Source: Squalus acanthias
Taxonomy: Eukaryota
Length of the DNA stretch: 64,000 nucleotides
Direction of reading: 5' to 3'
Assembly: GCA_030390025.1 (NCBI GenBank)
Contig: CM059431.1
Location: 122,576,001-122,640,000 of the forward strand
The translations under genes and the position numbers were made by a program. Below the pieces are notes generated by a model. It was not told where the DNA came from. It ran no database searches and saw only the letters and a list, made by a program, of their open reading frames with translations. Below are positions 51,601 to 64,000 of this stretch, piece after piece; the stretch's first letter is position 1; every line of letters begins with the position of its first letter.

Positions 51601-53479
51601 TGGTGTGAAGGTAGATGGGTGAATGGGGTGGGTTTGTTGGGCCTAATGGCTTTTAGTCACTCATAAAATGCCATGCACTTATCTCAGTATAACTAATACA
51701 AATACAAATTTGATAGGATTAAATTTGGTTATTCATAATCACGGTTGAAACACATAACAATTTTTACATTCAGTATGTAACAACATGTTAATACTGCTGA
51801 GAACAGCAGCAGCAACTTTTGTATCATCTTATTAGGGGTAGTATTGTCAGCTGCCTTTGGTTGGAAAGCCCATAGATACAGAAAATAACTAAAGAGGAAT
51901 GGGCCTCACGGAGGCAGGCGACACAACAAACTGGTACCAATCTAATTTACAACATTGGCTAATGTGAAAATGCTAAAAATAATTTTACAAAAACAAAAAG
52001 AAATCAAACTGTGTAGCAAATATTCTTGGTGAGAGAAAGAGAGGAAACATTCATATGAAAATAATTCTACAGTTTTGCATTGACAATATTCATTAAAATA
52101 AATGTTTGTTTAAGTTCATGACAACAGTAATTTATCACATTGCTGTGCAGTGAGATAATCATTCAATCCGATGAAATACTGCACTGGGATGAAATGTATC
52201 CCATATGTAATATAAATATTCAAAACTGAATCTTCTGAATGATAACTAGATGTTTTTATATTCAAGGATTTCTTGCAACAATGCAACTTTATTCTCAAAT
52301 TAATGCTCAGAATGTAATTATGTTTGACATATTGTGTGTAGTCAACTTTAAAGAGACTTTTGCTCTCTGTTTAAATGTATTCAAAACCATTTGAAGCTTA
52401 TGCTACTCTTTTGTAAGGTGTATTTCATTTTAAGTGTGGATGTTTATGTATCAAACATTATCTCGGTTTCCTTCTGTCCTTTATGATACTTATTAGTATT
52501 TCATGGAAGCCCTGATATATTACAGGCTGTAAAGGGAATCTGGTAATCAACATAGTTAAGAACTAAATGTCTGTTTGTTGTCAGTATATAAAAATACTTA
52601 ATGACATGGCAAACAGCAGGAGTGAGATTAAAGAATGAATTAAACATCAAAAAACAAACTCAATTCTGACAGATTGTGCTTCTTATGTCTAGGGCAAAAG
52701 AACATAATTTAATGCCAGGCTGATAATGCTAATTTGTATCATGACAAATGTTATAGGGAGAAAGCCTAACTTAAAAAAAAACACTATTTCTGCACCAATC
52801 ATATTGGCTACAATATTCCTCTTTTAAAGAAAAAGTCTTCTTGGGTTGCCAAAGACCCATTAACAAAATTGGAATGCGTGGCTCTGAAACATTAGATGTG
52901 GGAGCATAAGATCTTGTTAATGGTAATGACACACTAGCAGCTAATCATGATGCACCCACAATGATGGCCCTTTAATACTTCTCGACTCAGGACTTAAAGA
53001 AGGGTAAAGATGTAAGGCACGACTATTACTGTAAAGTAGCAGCATTAAAGAAAACAGATTGGTAAAGATAAATGCAAAATGTATGTAGCAAGCAAACTAT
53101 TTAAAATCACAATAATGGGGTTATGTAAATTATGTGATGTAAGGAATGACTGGGAAGGAGTTTCTTGAGTTAGATCACTATGCTTGTATTTACATAGCTA
53201 TTACTTAAAAAAAAAAATCCCTTTCCTTGTGGGACAAGGAGGAGAAGCAGTGTTGTCCACAGTCAGTGTCCAGGACACGTGCCTTTCCATCACTTCCCAA
53301 CTCGGAATAGCCGGCAGGATTTAATCAAAGCCCAGCCATTAAAATCGACTGGGTCTCATTCTGTGTGGAAAATTGACTTGCCAGCATGGTTTTCATAAGA
53401 AACCTGCTGGAAGTTAAAACCTTTGTTTCAGACTCAACTATCAAATACATTTATTGAACAATAGATGAATAAGTGAATA

Positions 53480-53834
53480 CAGGAAACTCTTTGGTATCCG
53501 GCACCGACGGGACCGGGATGGTGCCGGTTGATTAAAAATTCTGGATAACGGAGAGGTATATCTACCGAGGCTATTTTTAACAAACAAAAATAAAAAAATC
53601 AAGAAATGTGCAGTATAATTGGGTACTCCCCGACAGAATGTTGTGTTAAATGGATGGTGGAAGATGCTTGATTAAGTACAGTAATGCCAGTTGAGGGTAA
53701 TCCATAACTCTTTAATTACTTAACAGTAAAACAAAACTCATAAACGACTGTATACTGTAGTTTTCGGAGTATGAATTCTGCCGGTTATTAGAGAATTCCG
53801 GATATTTAGGTGCCGTTTAAATGAGAGTTTCCTG
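53480..53834. mobile_element. Tc1/mariner (Tigger/pogo-like) MITE
   Basis: TA TSD on both sides; TIR CAGGAAACTCT / AGAGTTTCCTG; repeated CCGG subterminal motifs. Confidence 0.85.
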
Positions 53835-54934
53835 TAAATAACAGTAATATAATCCATTTTTCTTTACAATAGATATTATAATACATCAATTCATTGGGAA
53901 AAAATAAATTAACACGGTTTGTATACTAAACTATTATTTCATAGTGCTTTCTTCTAATAGTCCACTGCAGCTCACTGGCCTGATCTACTTCATTGAAAGT
54001 TCCAAATTGACTGCATGATTTGAACAGCCCACTCTTGTGAACACTCCACTAACAGTTCTAGATTTGAATCACGGTTAAAAGGCAAAAGTGCCTGTTAATC
54101 ATACACATAACTGAACAAATCACACAGTATGTTTTTGTTTTAATGTGGCTTGGGCCCTACCATCAGCATGTAGCATCAGAGACAACTGAAACAAATCTTG
54201 GTAATATTTGTATTGAGTTAAGCTGAGGGCATGATTTTAACGCAGTTCAAACCAAGATAAAACAAAACAAAACACGTCATTTTGTCACAGAGAGGATGGT
54301 ATCAAATTGTTAATGATATGAATTCTATCTAGGCAAACTTTAGGATGTGGCAAGAAGTCAGGAAGTAGCTAATTCATGAGAAGAAAAGTACCAAAGTAAG
54401 ACAATGCATTTTATCGATGTACAAAGCAAAGAATATACATAGCCAGTGATAATTGAAATTCTTGTCTGTCTAAATCAGGGAACTGTTAGTAATGATAATT
54501 AAAATGTAAAAGAGTGTAGCTAACCACTGATCAATATAAAAACATGTAGTAAAGTGTGAAGATTGAAGTAGATGGAAGTAGGTGATAGTTTGAAAAATGT
54601 TTGACACTAAGCACTTGATTGAAATTTAGCAGCTGTGAAAATTCTTGTTCATAATGATGTATGCCATAACCCTGTCCAACCACTGATGTGGGATGTAATC
54701 TGTGAGATCCTTAAAGCGGAAACTGCAGGATGGAGCACAGTGCATGTCTTGATGGGCGTGAGAGTAAGATACAACAGTGACAGGCAATTGTATTAAAATC
54801 CATCTGTGAAACCACTCTGCTTTTATGTTTGAAAGCCAAGCTAGTTCACAACTAAAGGGCGCAGACTACTAGAGGTGGTGGCATTCTTTCCACTTGAAAT
54901 CCCTGACTGTACGTGACCAAAGACTGTAAAATAT

Positions 54935-55225
54935 GAAGAAAGAACTTGCATTTGTATAGATCCTTTCACAACCTCCGGACATCCCAAAACACTTTACAGC
55001 CAATTAAGTACTTTTGAAGTGTATTCCCTGTTGTAATGTAGGAAACGTGACAGCCAATTTGCGCACAGCAAGGGCACACAAATAATAATGTGATGATGAC
55101 CAGTTTTAGTGATGTTGTTTGAGGGATAAATATTGGCCAGGACACCAGGAAGAACTTCCCTGCTCTTCTTTGTAATAGTGCTATGGGATCTTTTACGTCC
55201 ACCTGAGAGGGCAGATGGGACCTCT
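54935..55225 (-). mobile_element. SacSINE1/Deu-SINE-like element, 3' part
   Basis: Reverse-complement similar to 60625-60920. Confidence 0.85.
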
Positions 55226-55279
55226 GTTCAAAACGGAGAACACTATTTATATACTGATTCAAATCACATGCTCTCTTCA

Positions 55280-56510
55280 TAGAACAAGGGGAGGACAACA
55301 ATGCTGGATATATTGCAGAGAATGTTAGCTGTTCTTATTCATGCAGGCCTCAAGATTGATTCTTCGTGCACAAAGGGCTACATGAATGCAGCAATGATAC
55401 TTTGCATCTTGGGGGAGCCCCGAATCTGGACTTCCTTGATAGAGCAGTGCACATTGTAACACCTGATTCCTGAATTGTCCCCCATGTTTGCCTGTAATGA
55501 TCCTTATGCATAGAAGTTGATGGCAGAGATAAGTTTAAGTGCAGTTGGTAAACAATGGGCCAAAAATTCATCTCGCGTATTCACTCTCCAATTGCCGGTT
55601 TTCTGCATGCCCTGCGCATGCGCTGAAAACCGGCACTTGGTCTTTTGAAAAGGGGGCGGTTCCTCGGTGCATCGCGTGCGCGCTACAGGCTGCGCGCACG
55701 CTGTGCACTTCGTGCTTTGGACGCGCAGGTAAGTACGGAAGAATTTAGAAATGGAAAAAGGAGGAGTAAGACCCACTTTTAACAAGGTAAGTAGTGAATT
55801 AAGTATTTTTTTGAATTTTTTTTAACAGGTATATCTTTTTTAGAGACTTTAAAGACAGGTAAGTTTATTTTTATAACTTTTTAAAAGATTTTAAATTTTT
55901 TCAAAAATTTAATTTTTTATTTAAAATGGTTAATTTATTTAACTATACTTATTTTATTAATGTGATGGGTTTTTTAAAAAATTTAATTGAGGTTTAGCTG
56001 TTATTTTGGGGGGGTGTAAGATTCATAGATTTCACAGCACGTATGTGAAACTTATGAATGGAAGATGGTGTGCTGCCATTGGCTCTAACTGAGTCACGTG
56101 ATCCCACAGCTCGCACAAATTCACGACGCCGGTGGGATACGCAAGCACTGCCCAGCTGATGTCTAGAACATCAAGTTCGTGCGAGCTGGATCTGAAAAAG
56201 CACAAGCGGAGTGAGAGATCGCGGGGAAGCCTTACCCCCGCGGGAACAGAGCGAGATCAATTTCTGGGCCATTGTATATGATTAACGGTGTCTCCGGATC
56301 TTGTCCTAAAATGGTACATCTCAGTGATTGCCTCCTTACTGAACATGAGCATGCTGATGTATTATTCCTCTGTCATGCCTCGGGAGCTGACTCAGTTGCA
56401 GGGCACCTGCTGCTGGGAATAGTGCCTGGTGTGATTGGTATGCTTCTTATGCTCTCTACATAGCCTGGCCATCTTTTACTTCTCCTCCTCCTCTTCCTGC
56501 TGCTGCAAGA
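55280..56510 (-). pseudogene. Very old HARBI1-like transposase N-terminal relic, split by MITE D
   Basis: GMTEE*YISMLMFSKEAITEM (about 56320-56390) and LPTALKLISAINFYA*GSLQANMGDNSGI...VHCSIKEV (about 55430-55553) match the N-terminal pattern of the transposase family. Confidence 0.7.
55557..56270. mobile_element. MITE family D
   Basis: GGGCCAAAAATT / AATTTCTGGGCC ends; flanks AAT/ATT. Confidence 0.8.
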
Positions 56511-57289
56511 ATCAAAAACAACCAAGTCCTTCTGTTCCCATGTTGTGAATCTACAAATTGCTGTACAGTGTAAACTTGTGACATTTCATTGTTGAAACAG
56601 CAAACACCCTTGCTTAAATGTTGTCAGGACTGACAGGTCTAAGCTGCAGCTAACAAACCCAGATGCTTTTTGCTTTACAGAAGAAACAAGAGTCTGACTT
56701 GCTTTAAATGGTCATTAATAAGACTATAACAGATGTACCTATTTTTTCACAATTTAGGTTACACTTTCACACCTAGCTTGTGCGTTATAAGGATCAATCA
56801 AATCATATCTGCTAGTTAAGGTGTTAAACAATGTTAATCACAGCTGAGCACTGATTGAGTGACATAACTTCCCACTGGTTGTATGTCTCTGCAGCTGATT
56901 GGTAAATGCTACATTCTTGAGTGGGTGATAGTGGAAGGCATTTAATTACTAGAACAAAAATATATGAATAAAAGGACAGTATGCCTGAAAGGTGTGTTTC
57001 ACTGACATTAAGCAATATTAAATGTGAATAATGAAGGGTGAGATCGATAGATGTGATGAAAGCTAGGTTAAATGAAATAAATACAAATGTATAAATTAAG
57101 AAAAGAGGAAAAGAAGGTGTTGGAAAAATCAAGTTACCTTAAAAAGGTAAAGTTATCACACAGGAATATATTATACTGAGGTGACCTTCAATGTGTTACA
57201 CTTAAACAGTGGTACAGTTGAGATCAGGAGTGGGGGAGATTTCTCAGTGTGAGATATAATTCATTATTATATTCAGGACCTCTGACCTT

Positions 57290-60200
57290 AACTGTGGACT
57301 CTCTCCTATTGTCTCTGCTCTATTCCCCGTTTACTACAAGGACATATTTATCCTAATCTTGCTACTTAACCAGGCCTATATAACTTGGGTTTCCCTGTGT
57401 CCATTTGTATCTGCACTTTTGCTGCTGCTCCAGACCTCAGCCCATCACTTCTTTTTTCTCCCCTTTTTTCTTCTTCTCTCTTTACCCCTCCTAGGCCCCT
57501 CCCTCCTGTTGTCATGTCTTCTTTCATTTCTCCCCTCTCAGGTACTCTGCCCTCCCAAATCCCTATCCCAACCTTGCAGCACTCCTCGACCTTCCTACTC
57601 TCCTGCCAGCAACCCAGGCTTGACTCCCTCTTAGATAAGCCTACAGCTTCCCTCTGTGCTTCTCTTGGCATTCTCCGAAGGGCCCATCGAGGCACTCGTC
57701 GCTGCCCCCTTATGAGCAGCAACCCCAACTTCCCTATCCTACTCTCTCGCCAACCTTCTGGCTCAGCTTGCCCTGCGGGGGGCTAATCTTTCCTGCCTCC
57801 TTCCTGTCCCAGTGAGCCCTCCAAATGCTGACTCTGTGGACTGTGCCAGTGGATCAGCTTTCACCGCCCCTCTCTGCATCTCTCTCTTGAATGTCTGTTC
57901 ACTTGTGAACAAAGCCCTTGCCATCCATGAACTTATTGTGGATGATTGCAGTGACATCATGGCCTTGACGAAACCTGGCTGAGGGGTGATGACACCGTTC
58001 CCCCAAGTGAAGCCTCCTCACCTGGCTATACCTTCCGCCACTTGCCCCACCCAAACAGCCGTGATGGCAGTGTGGCTCTCATCAACAAACCTTGGATTGT
58101 CCCCCCACTCCACTGACACCTTCTCCTCCTTTGAGCGTCTCACCTTCTTACACCCCCTCTCACGTCTCCTTTAAAATCCTCGTTCTCCTCCGCCCACTCA
58201 AGTACCACGTCAAATTTATCATCGATAACTTCACTGCTTTCCTCCCTCAACCTCTGCACCGAGCGACTTCTCATCCTCGGTGATTTCAACCTCCATCTCA
58301 ACTCATCATGCTCTCTCTCCTCACTGTTCACTGCCCTCCTATCCTCCCTTAATCTCTCCCCGCATATAAACTCCCCTACCTGTATTCACAGCCACCCCCT
58401 TGAACTTGCCATCTCATGTGGCCTTGCTACTCCCCTTATGTCAATCACAGATAAGGCCATCTTTGATCACTTCCTTGTATCGCTCACCACCCACATCCCT
58501 CTTCCCACTTTCTTCTATGTCTGCCCCTGGAAAAAAACTTTCTCCTAAGTCACTTACAACTGCACTTTCAAATTCCCAACTGTCCAGCCTTTGGCCTGCC
58601 ATTCACCACGACATTTTCACAGCTACCGATCTGCTCAATCACACCCTCACCTCCACCTTCGATGCCCTAGTCCCCTTTAAAACCATTACTTTCTCTCACC
58701 CTGGTCGTTCCCCCTGTTATGGCCCTCATTTCCGCTCCCTTAAGTCCAAAGGACACAGACTTGAACGTTTATGGCAGACAACTGGTTTAGCCATTCACTG
58801 CCATATCTGGCTGGACCAGATAAAGCACTATCGGGTCCTACTCTCCTCTGCAAAAACTGCTCACTGTTCCAGGATCATTCTGGAATGCAAAGATAACCAC
58901 GGCTTCTAATCTCCACTACAAACCATCTTCTTCAACCCCTCTCCCTTGCCTCCTCCACCCTCACCTCCAACAACAAGTGCGAGGAGCTCATGGACTTCTT
59001 TTTCACTAAGATTGAGACCATCCGTTCAGCTGCCTCTACCATTTCCCTCCCTTCCCCTACCCCACCGGGCCAAACTTCCCCTAAGTCTCCCCCCACTCTA
59101 GCCCTGAACTTGCATCTTTCACTAGTTTCTTTCTTATCTCCCCTCATGCCCTCTCCGAACTCATCTTGTCCATGAGTCCCACCTCGACCCTATACGCACT
59201 GCACTGCTGACTACCCAACTTCCATTCCTGGCCCCCATGTTAACTGAAATTGTTAATGGTTCTCTCTTCTCAGGAACTATCCCTCTCCCCTTCAAATCTG
59301 CCATCATCACTCCTCTCCTCAAAAAAAACATCCTTGACCCTTCTGTCCTTGCAAAATTCCAACCTCCCTTTCCTCTCCAAAGTCCTTGAACATGCTGTTG
59401 TCTCCCAAATCCATGCCCATGTTTCCCTGCAATTCCATGTTTGATTTCCTCCACTCAGGTTTCTGCCCCTCTCACAGTACTGAAATGGCTCTTACCAAAG
59501 TCACAGTTGACATTCTATGTGACGGTGACAGTGGTAAACTATCCCTCCTCATCCTTCTCGACCTGTCTGCAGCCTTTGACACGGTTGACCACTCCATCCT
59601 CTAATGCCTCTCCTCCGTCATCCAGCAGGCTGGGACCTCACGTGCCTGGTTCCATGCTTATCTATTCAGTCATAGCCAGGGAATCACCTGCAATGGTTTT
59701 CTTCCTGCTTTCACAACGTTACCTCTGGAGTCCTCCAAGGACCTACTCTTGGCCCCCCCTCCTATTTCTCATCTACATGCTGCCCCTTGGCAACACATCC
59801 AAAATCACAATGTCAAGTTCCACATGTACGCTGACGACACCCAGCTCTGCATCACCACCACCTCTCTCAAACCCTCCGCTGTCTATAAATTGACAGACTG
59901 CTTGTTCGACATCCAGTATTGGATGAGCAGAAATTTCCTCCAACTAATTATTAGGAAGACCAAAACCATTGTCTTTGGTCCCCACCACAAACTCTGTTCA
60001 CTAGCAACCGACTCCATCCCTCTCCCTGGCAACTGTCTGAGGCTGAACCAGACCGTTCACAACCTTGGTGTTGTATTTGACCCTGAGATGAGCTTCCGAC
60101 TACATATCTATGCCACCACCAAGCCCACCTATTTCCACCTCTGTAACATCGCCTGAATCCGCCCCTGCATCAGCTCATCTGCTGCTGAAACCCTCATTCA

Positions 60201-61258
60201 TGCCTTTGTTCCTTCTAGACTTGACTACTCTAAAGCTCTCTTGGCTGTCCTCCCATCTTCCACCCTCCATAAACAAGAGCTCATCCCAAACTCTGCTGCC
60301 CGTATCATAATTCGCACCACGTTACATTCACCCATCACCCCTGTGCTTGCTGGCCTACATTGGCCCCCGATTCGGCAATGCCTCAATTTTGAAATTCTCA
60401 TCCTTGTTTTCAAATCCCTCCATGGCCTCACCCCTCCCTTTCTCTGTAACCTCCTCCAGTGTCAGCTGTGGCTCAGTAGCACACTCGCCTATGAGTCAGA
60501 AGGTTGTGGGTTCAAGTCCCACTCTAGGAACTTGAGCACCTAAATCTAGGCTGACACTCCAGTGCAGTGCTGAGGGAGTGCTGCACTGTCAGAGGTGCCA
60601 TCTTTCAGATGAGACATTAAACCGAGGTCCCGTCTGCTCTCTTAGGTGGACATAAAAGATCCCATGGCACTATTTTGAAGAAGAGCAGGGGAGTTATCCC
60701 CAGTGTCCTGGCCAATATTTATCCCTCAACAAACATAACAAAAACAGATTGTCTGGTCATTATCACATTGCTGTTTGTGGGACCTTGCTATGCGCAAATT
60801 GGCTGCCGCGTTTCCCACATTACAACAGTGACTCCAGTTCAAAAGTACTTCATTGGCTGTAAAGTGCTTTGAGATGTCTGGTGGTCATGAAAGGCGCTAT
60901 ATAAATGCGAGTCTTTCTTTTCTTTTCCAGCACTTCAACCCTCTGAGATCTCTGCGCTCTTCCAATTTTGACCTCTTGCGCATCCCTGATTTTATTCGCT
61001 CCACTATTGGCGGCAGTGCTTTCAGCTGCCTAGGCCCTGGAGCTTGTTCACTAAACTTCTCCGCCTCGCTACCTCCTAACTCTCTTCTCCTTTAAGACGC
61101 TCCTTAAAACCTACCTCTTAGACAAAGCTTTTGGTCACCTGTCCTAATATCTCCTTATGTGGCTCAGTGTCAAATTTTGCTTGATAACCCTCGTATGAAG
61201 TGCCGTGGGACGTTTTTACTATGTTAAAGGCGCTATATAAATGCAAGTTGTTGTTGTT
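57290..61258 (+). mobile_element. L2 LINE with near-complete but decayed ORF2 (APE endonuclease plus RT)
   Basis: LLNVCSLVNK, ETWL, LGDFN, DHF, LLDLSAAFDTVDH and MYADDTQL motifs; tail GGCGCTATATAAATGCAAG(TTG)n. Confidence 0.93.
60460..60925 (+). mobile_element. Full-length SacSINE1/Deu-SINE-like tRNA-derived SINE inserted in L2
   Basis: A box TGGCTCAGT, B box GGTTCAAGTCC, Deu-like core, L2-like tail GGCGCTATATAAATGC; TCCAG duplicated at both junctions. Confidence 0.9.
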
Positions 61259-62649
61259 ATTGAATGACTGAAGGAAAGCAAATCACAATACTAGAGTCTG
61301 CTATAAATATTTTTGTAGCTGTTTTTTGACATTGCATGATAAAAGAAATAATAGTCACTTGCAGTAATATTTGTTCCTGTAATGCTCTTAATTGTTCAAA
61401 GAAATCATGGGACTGCATAAAACAGGCTGATACATTCCAGTAACCACAACCAATTTTCTTTTCATTATTTCAATCCAATAAGTGGGATTACAGTTATTCT
61501 TTCAATTTATCTGATAAATAAATCTTAAGACTTTTGCGATTTATGTATCAGATACTGGAGCATTTGCCTTCACTGAATTTTTAAAGATTCTTGAAATAGG
61601 TTTTATTGCTGACATTCTCGAGTCCATTAACGGAACCATACCTAGTTGCCGTGGAAACAAAAACAAATGTTGCTGAGGATTTGGCAGGATTGCACTTTCA
61701 ATTCTATGTCTACAACTGCCAGTTTAACAGAAGGTAAATGTAATTTTAACAATGAGTCATTTTGTTTTTTAAACTGTATTGTTACATATAAAGCAATGCA
61801 TCGACATGCGCTTGGCAAGTTTTGTTTGTTGAATGCATATTTCAGGTTTATTTATTTCCCATCACCTCTCTTTGCAAGCTGTTCAGCACACATCTTCCTC
61901 AAGCTGTGAGAAGGGGACAGTCTGTTAAACATAACTTGTTAAATACAATGAAAGTGAAGACATTTCTCAGCACTTTCATTAAATACATTGTGGCCTGTAT
62001 AGGTCCATCTGATGATTTTTTTCCCCCTTCCCAGTGGAGCATTCTGTCACCAGAAAGTGCCAGCCATAAACAGGGAAAGCTTACGACGTGACACTGGCTC
62101 AGACAGAATGTCTGTCAATGCTGAGTTTTCAACATGATTTCTCTGTGCTCAGCTCAGTACGTAAGAGATGTCTTGGGTCTGAAAGATCAATGAAATTTGC
62201 ACAAGTTATTGTGCATTCCAATCACATTCTGAATGTACTGTAGTAACCAAAATATTAAGTCACTCTCCGGATAAGCACATCAACATTTTGTAAATAGATC
62301 CCATCCCATAAATGTGTCTTTTGTATATAAATATTATTTATATGCTGCCATTTTCTGCCTGTATCTTCTTGTTCTTTGCTTGTTTGTAGTCAGAAATGGT
62401 TTTTCACTTATATTTTCTTGCATTCCTACAGCCTACTGTAATTTATTACGTTAATCTTCTTAAATCTTGGGGCTATATTTTGAGGTAAATGGCATTATTT
62501 TTGAGTATGACATAATTTTATAAAATAACTACCTGCAAGTGTTTGGTTATCTTCTTATCAAAGTAAATAAGCATTAACTGTAAGATGATAGCCTTAATGT
62601 AGCATTTTTATACATTTAAATATTAATTACTGCAACATTTGTGCATTTA

Positions 62650-63037
62650 TTTTTTTAATGCATTCTCAGGATTTGGGCATCACTGGCAATGCCAGCTTTT
62701 TTTGCCCATCCCTAGTTGTCCTTGAGAAGGTGATGGTGGGCCTTCTTCTTGAACCGCTGCACTCTGTGTGGAGAGGATACTCCCACTAAGCTGTTTGGTA
62801 GAGAGTTCCAGGATTTTGAACCAGCCACCATGAAGGAACGGCGATATATGTCCAAGTCTGGATTATGTGTGGCGTGGAGGGGAACTTGGAGGTGATGCCA
62901 TGCACTCACTGTCCTTGTGCTTCTAGGTGGTGGAGGTCACGGGTTTTGGAGATGCTGTCGAAGAAGCCTTGGCGAGTTGCTGCAGTGCATCCTGTAGATA
63001 GTACACACTATAGCCACTGTGTGTCAGTGGTGGAGGA
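62650..63037 (-). mobile_element. HER1-like LINE 3' fragment
   Basis: Similar to 26628-27030; RRSFMVAGSKSWNSLP...HHHLLKDN. Confidence 0.85.
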
Positions 63038-63559
63038 ATAAATATAATATTTATACACACATATTGTCTATTAGAATGTAGTGGTTTCTACAATCCTTTT
63101 GCAGTGCTTTTACTGAAAGTGAGTCACTGGGGATAATGAGTTGGTTTGTGACATTATCTGTTTTCAAAGGAGAAATGTGGATGTCTGTATATATTTTTAA
63201 TTTAATAAGTCCCTAGAGATGCAACTAATAAGTTTTTATTTACATAATTTATTTTACTCACGCAATTAATTTAATCAAAGATGATCATTACGTGGAGCAC
63301 AATTTCACTTTTATCAACTACTCATGCTTCTTACTGTTTTGAGTCTGAATTCAGGTGTCTGAAGTATTAAGCCTAATCAACACCTCTTAATTCTGAAAGT
63401 TAATTTGAAATGCATCTCAGAGAGGGAGAACAAGAGTATTGTCTCATTGATGTCTGTTATGAATTGTGTAAATTGGGTTTTGCTTGTTTTTTTTCCCTCA
63501 GTAACAGTTCTCCCCTCTCCTCTCTGAAAGTGTTGATGTCTTGTTGGAGTATGGTTCCA

Positions 63560-63850
63560 GCAGCAGCAGATGCCATCCTCATGTGTGAACCTTGACAATA
63601 ACTTTCACAGGGAGCAGTATAGCTGAGCCTGATCTTGCCTTTCCTCAATATCCGTACAGCTGCACCTCCAGCAGGAATCACTGGATAGCAATTAGAGGCA
63701 AGAGCTGGCTAGTCTTTTCCCTCTTGAACCCAGGAGCACCGAAACACATACAAGCATCTCAATTGCTGCCCCGCCGGAGATTCGCTAACTCAGCATGAAC
63801 CAAAGATCAAAGCCTGTACCTTTCTGGCTCAGCTATTCACTGGATTAATT
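63560..63850 (-). mobile_element. Old tRNA-derived SINE
   Basis: GCTGAGCCTGATCTTG and GCTAACTCAGCA blocks resembling 38340-38680 and 24590-24800. Confidence 0.45.
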
Positions 63851-64000
63851 CACCTAACCATTGTTGAAATTGTGAGTTTTCAATTTTAATACAAACTCCA
63901 GCAGTGAAATGTTTCTGTTTTGATAGATTTAATATTACGACCATAGAGAATAGAAATGGCTTTTTTGTGCAGTGAGGATTGAAGATGAACATTGTCAAGG

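Noticed and set aside
60460..60540. Possible tRNA gene
   Set aside because: A/B boxes continue into a SINE body and L2-like tail; no complete cloverleaf seen.

Overview
Eukaryotic, repeat-dense DNA, most likely from a cartilaginous fish (shark). The taxon is inferred from repeats resembling SacSINE1/Deu-SINE, HE1/HER1 and LF-SINE, recognised from memory and not by database search. I found no intact host protein-coding gene and no intact autonomous transposon. Nearly all ORFs in the track are chance frames in GC-rich MITEs or minisatellites, or broken pieces of transposon ORFs. The window contains: (1) decayed PIF/Harbinger DNA transposons with convergent Myb/SANT-like and HARBI1-like transposase remnants; (2) many non-autonomous MITEs with short TIRs and 3-bp TSDs, two carrying G-rich minisatellites; (3) CR1/HER1, L2 and L1 LINE relics; (4) tRNA-derived SINEs; (5) two solo LTRs; (6) one TA-flanked Tigger/pogo-like MITE. 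Elements are often nested several layers deep. A few weak exon-like segments lie in unique DNA but cannot be assigned to a gene. I found no convincing novel biological system. The best leads are the Harbinger/MITE complement with relaxed TSDs, minisatellite cargo in MITEs, and a few exon-like or hairpin segments.
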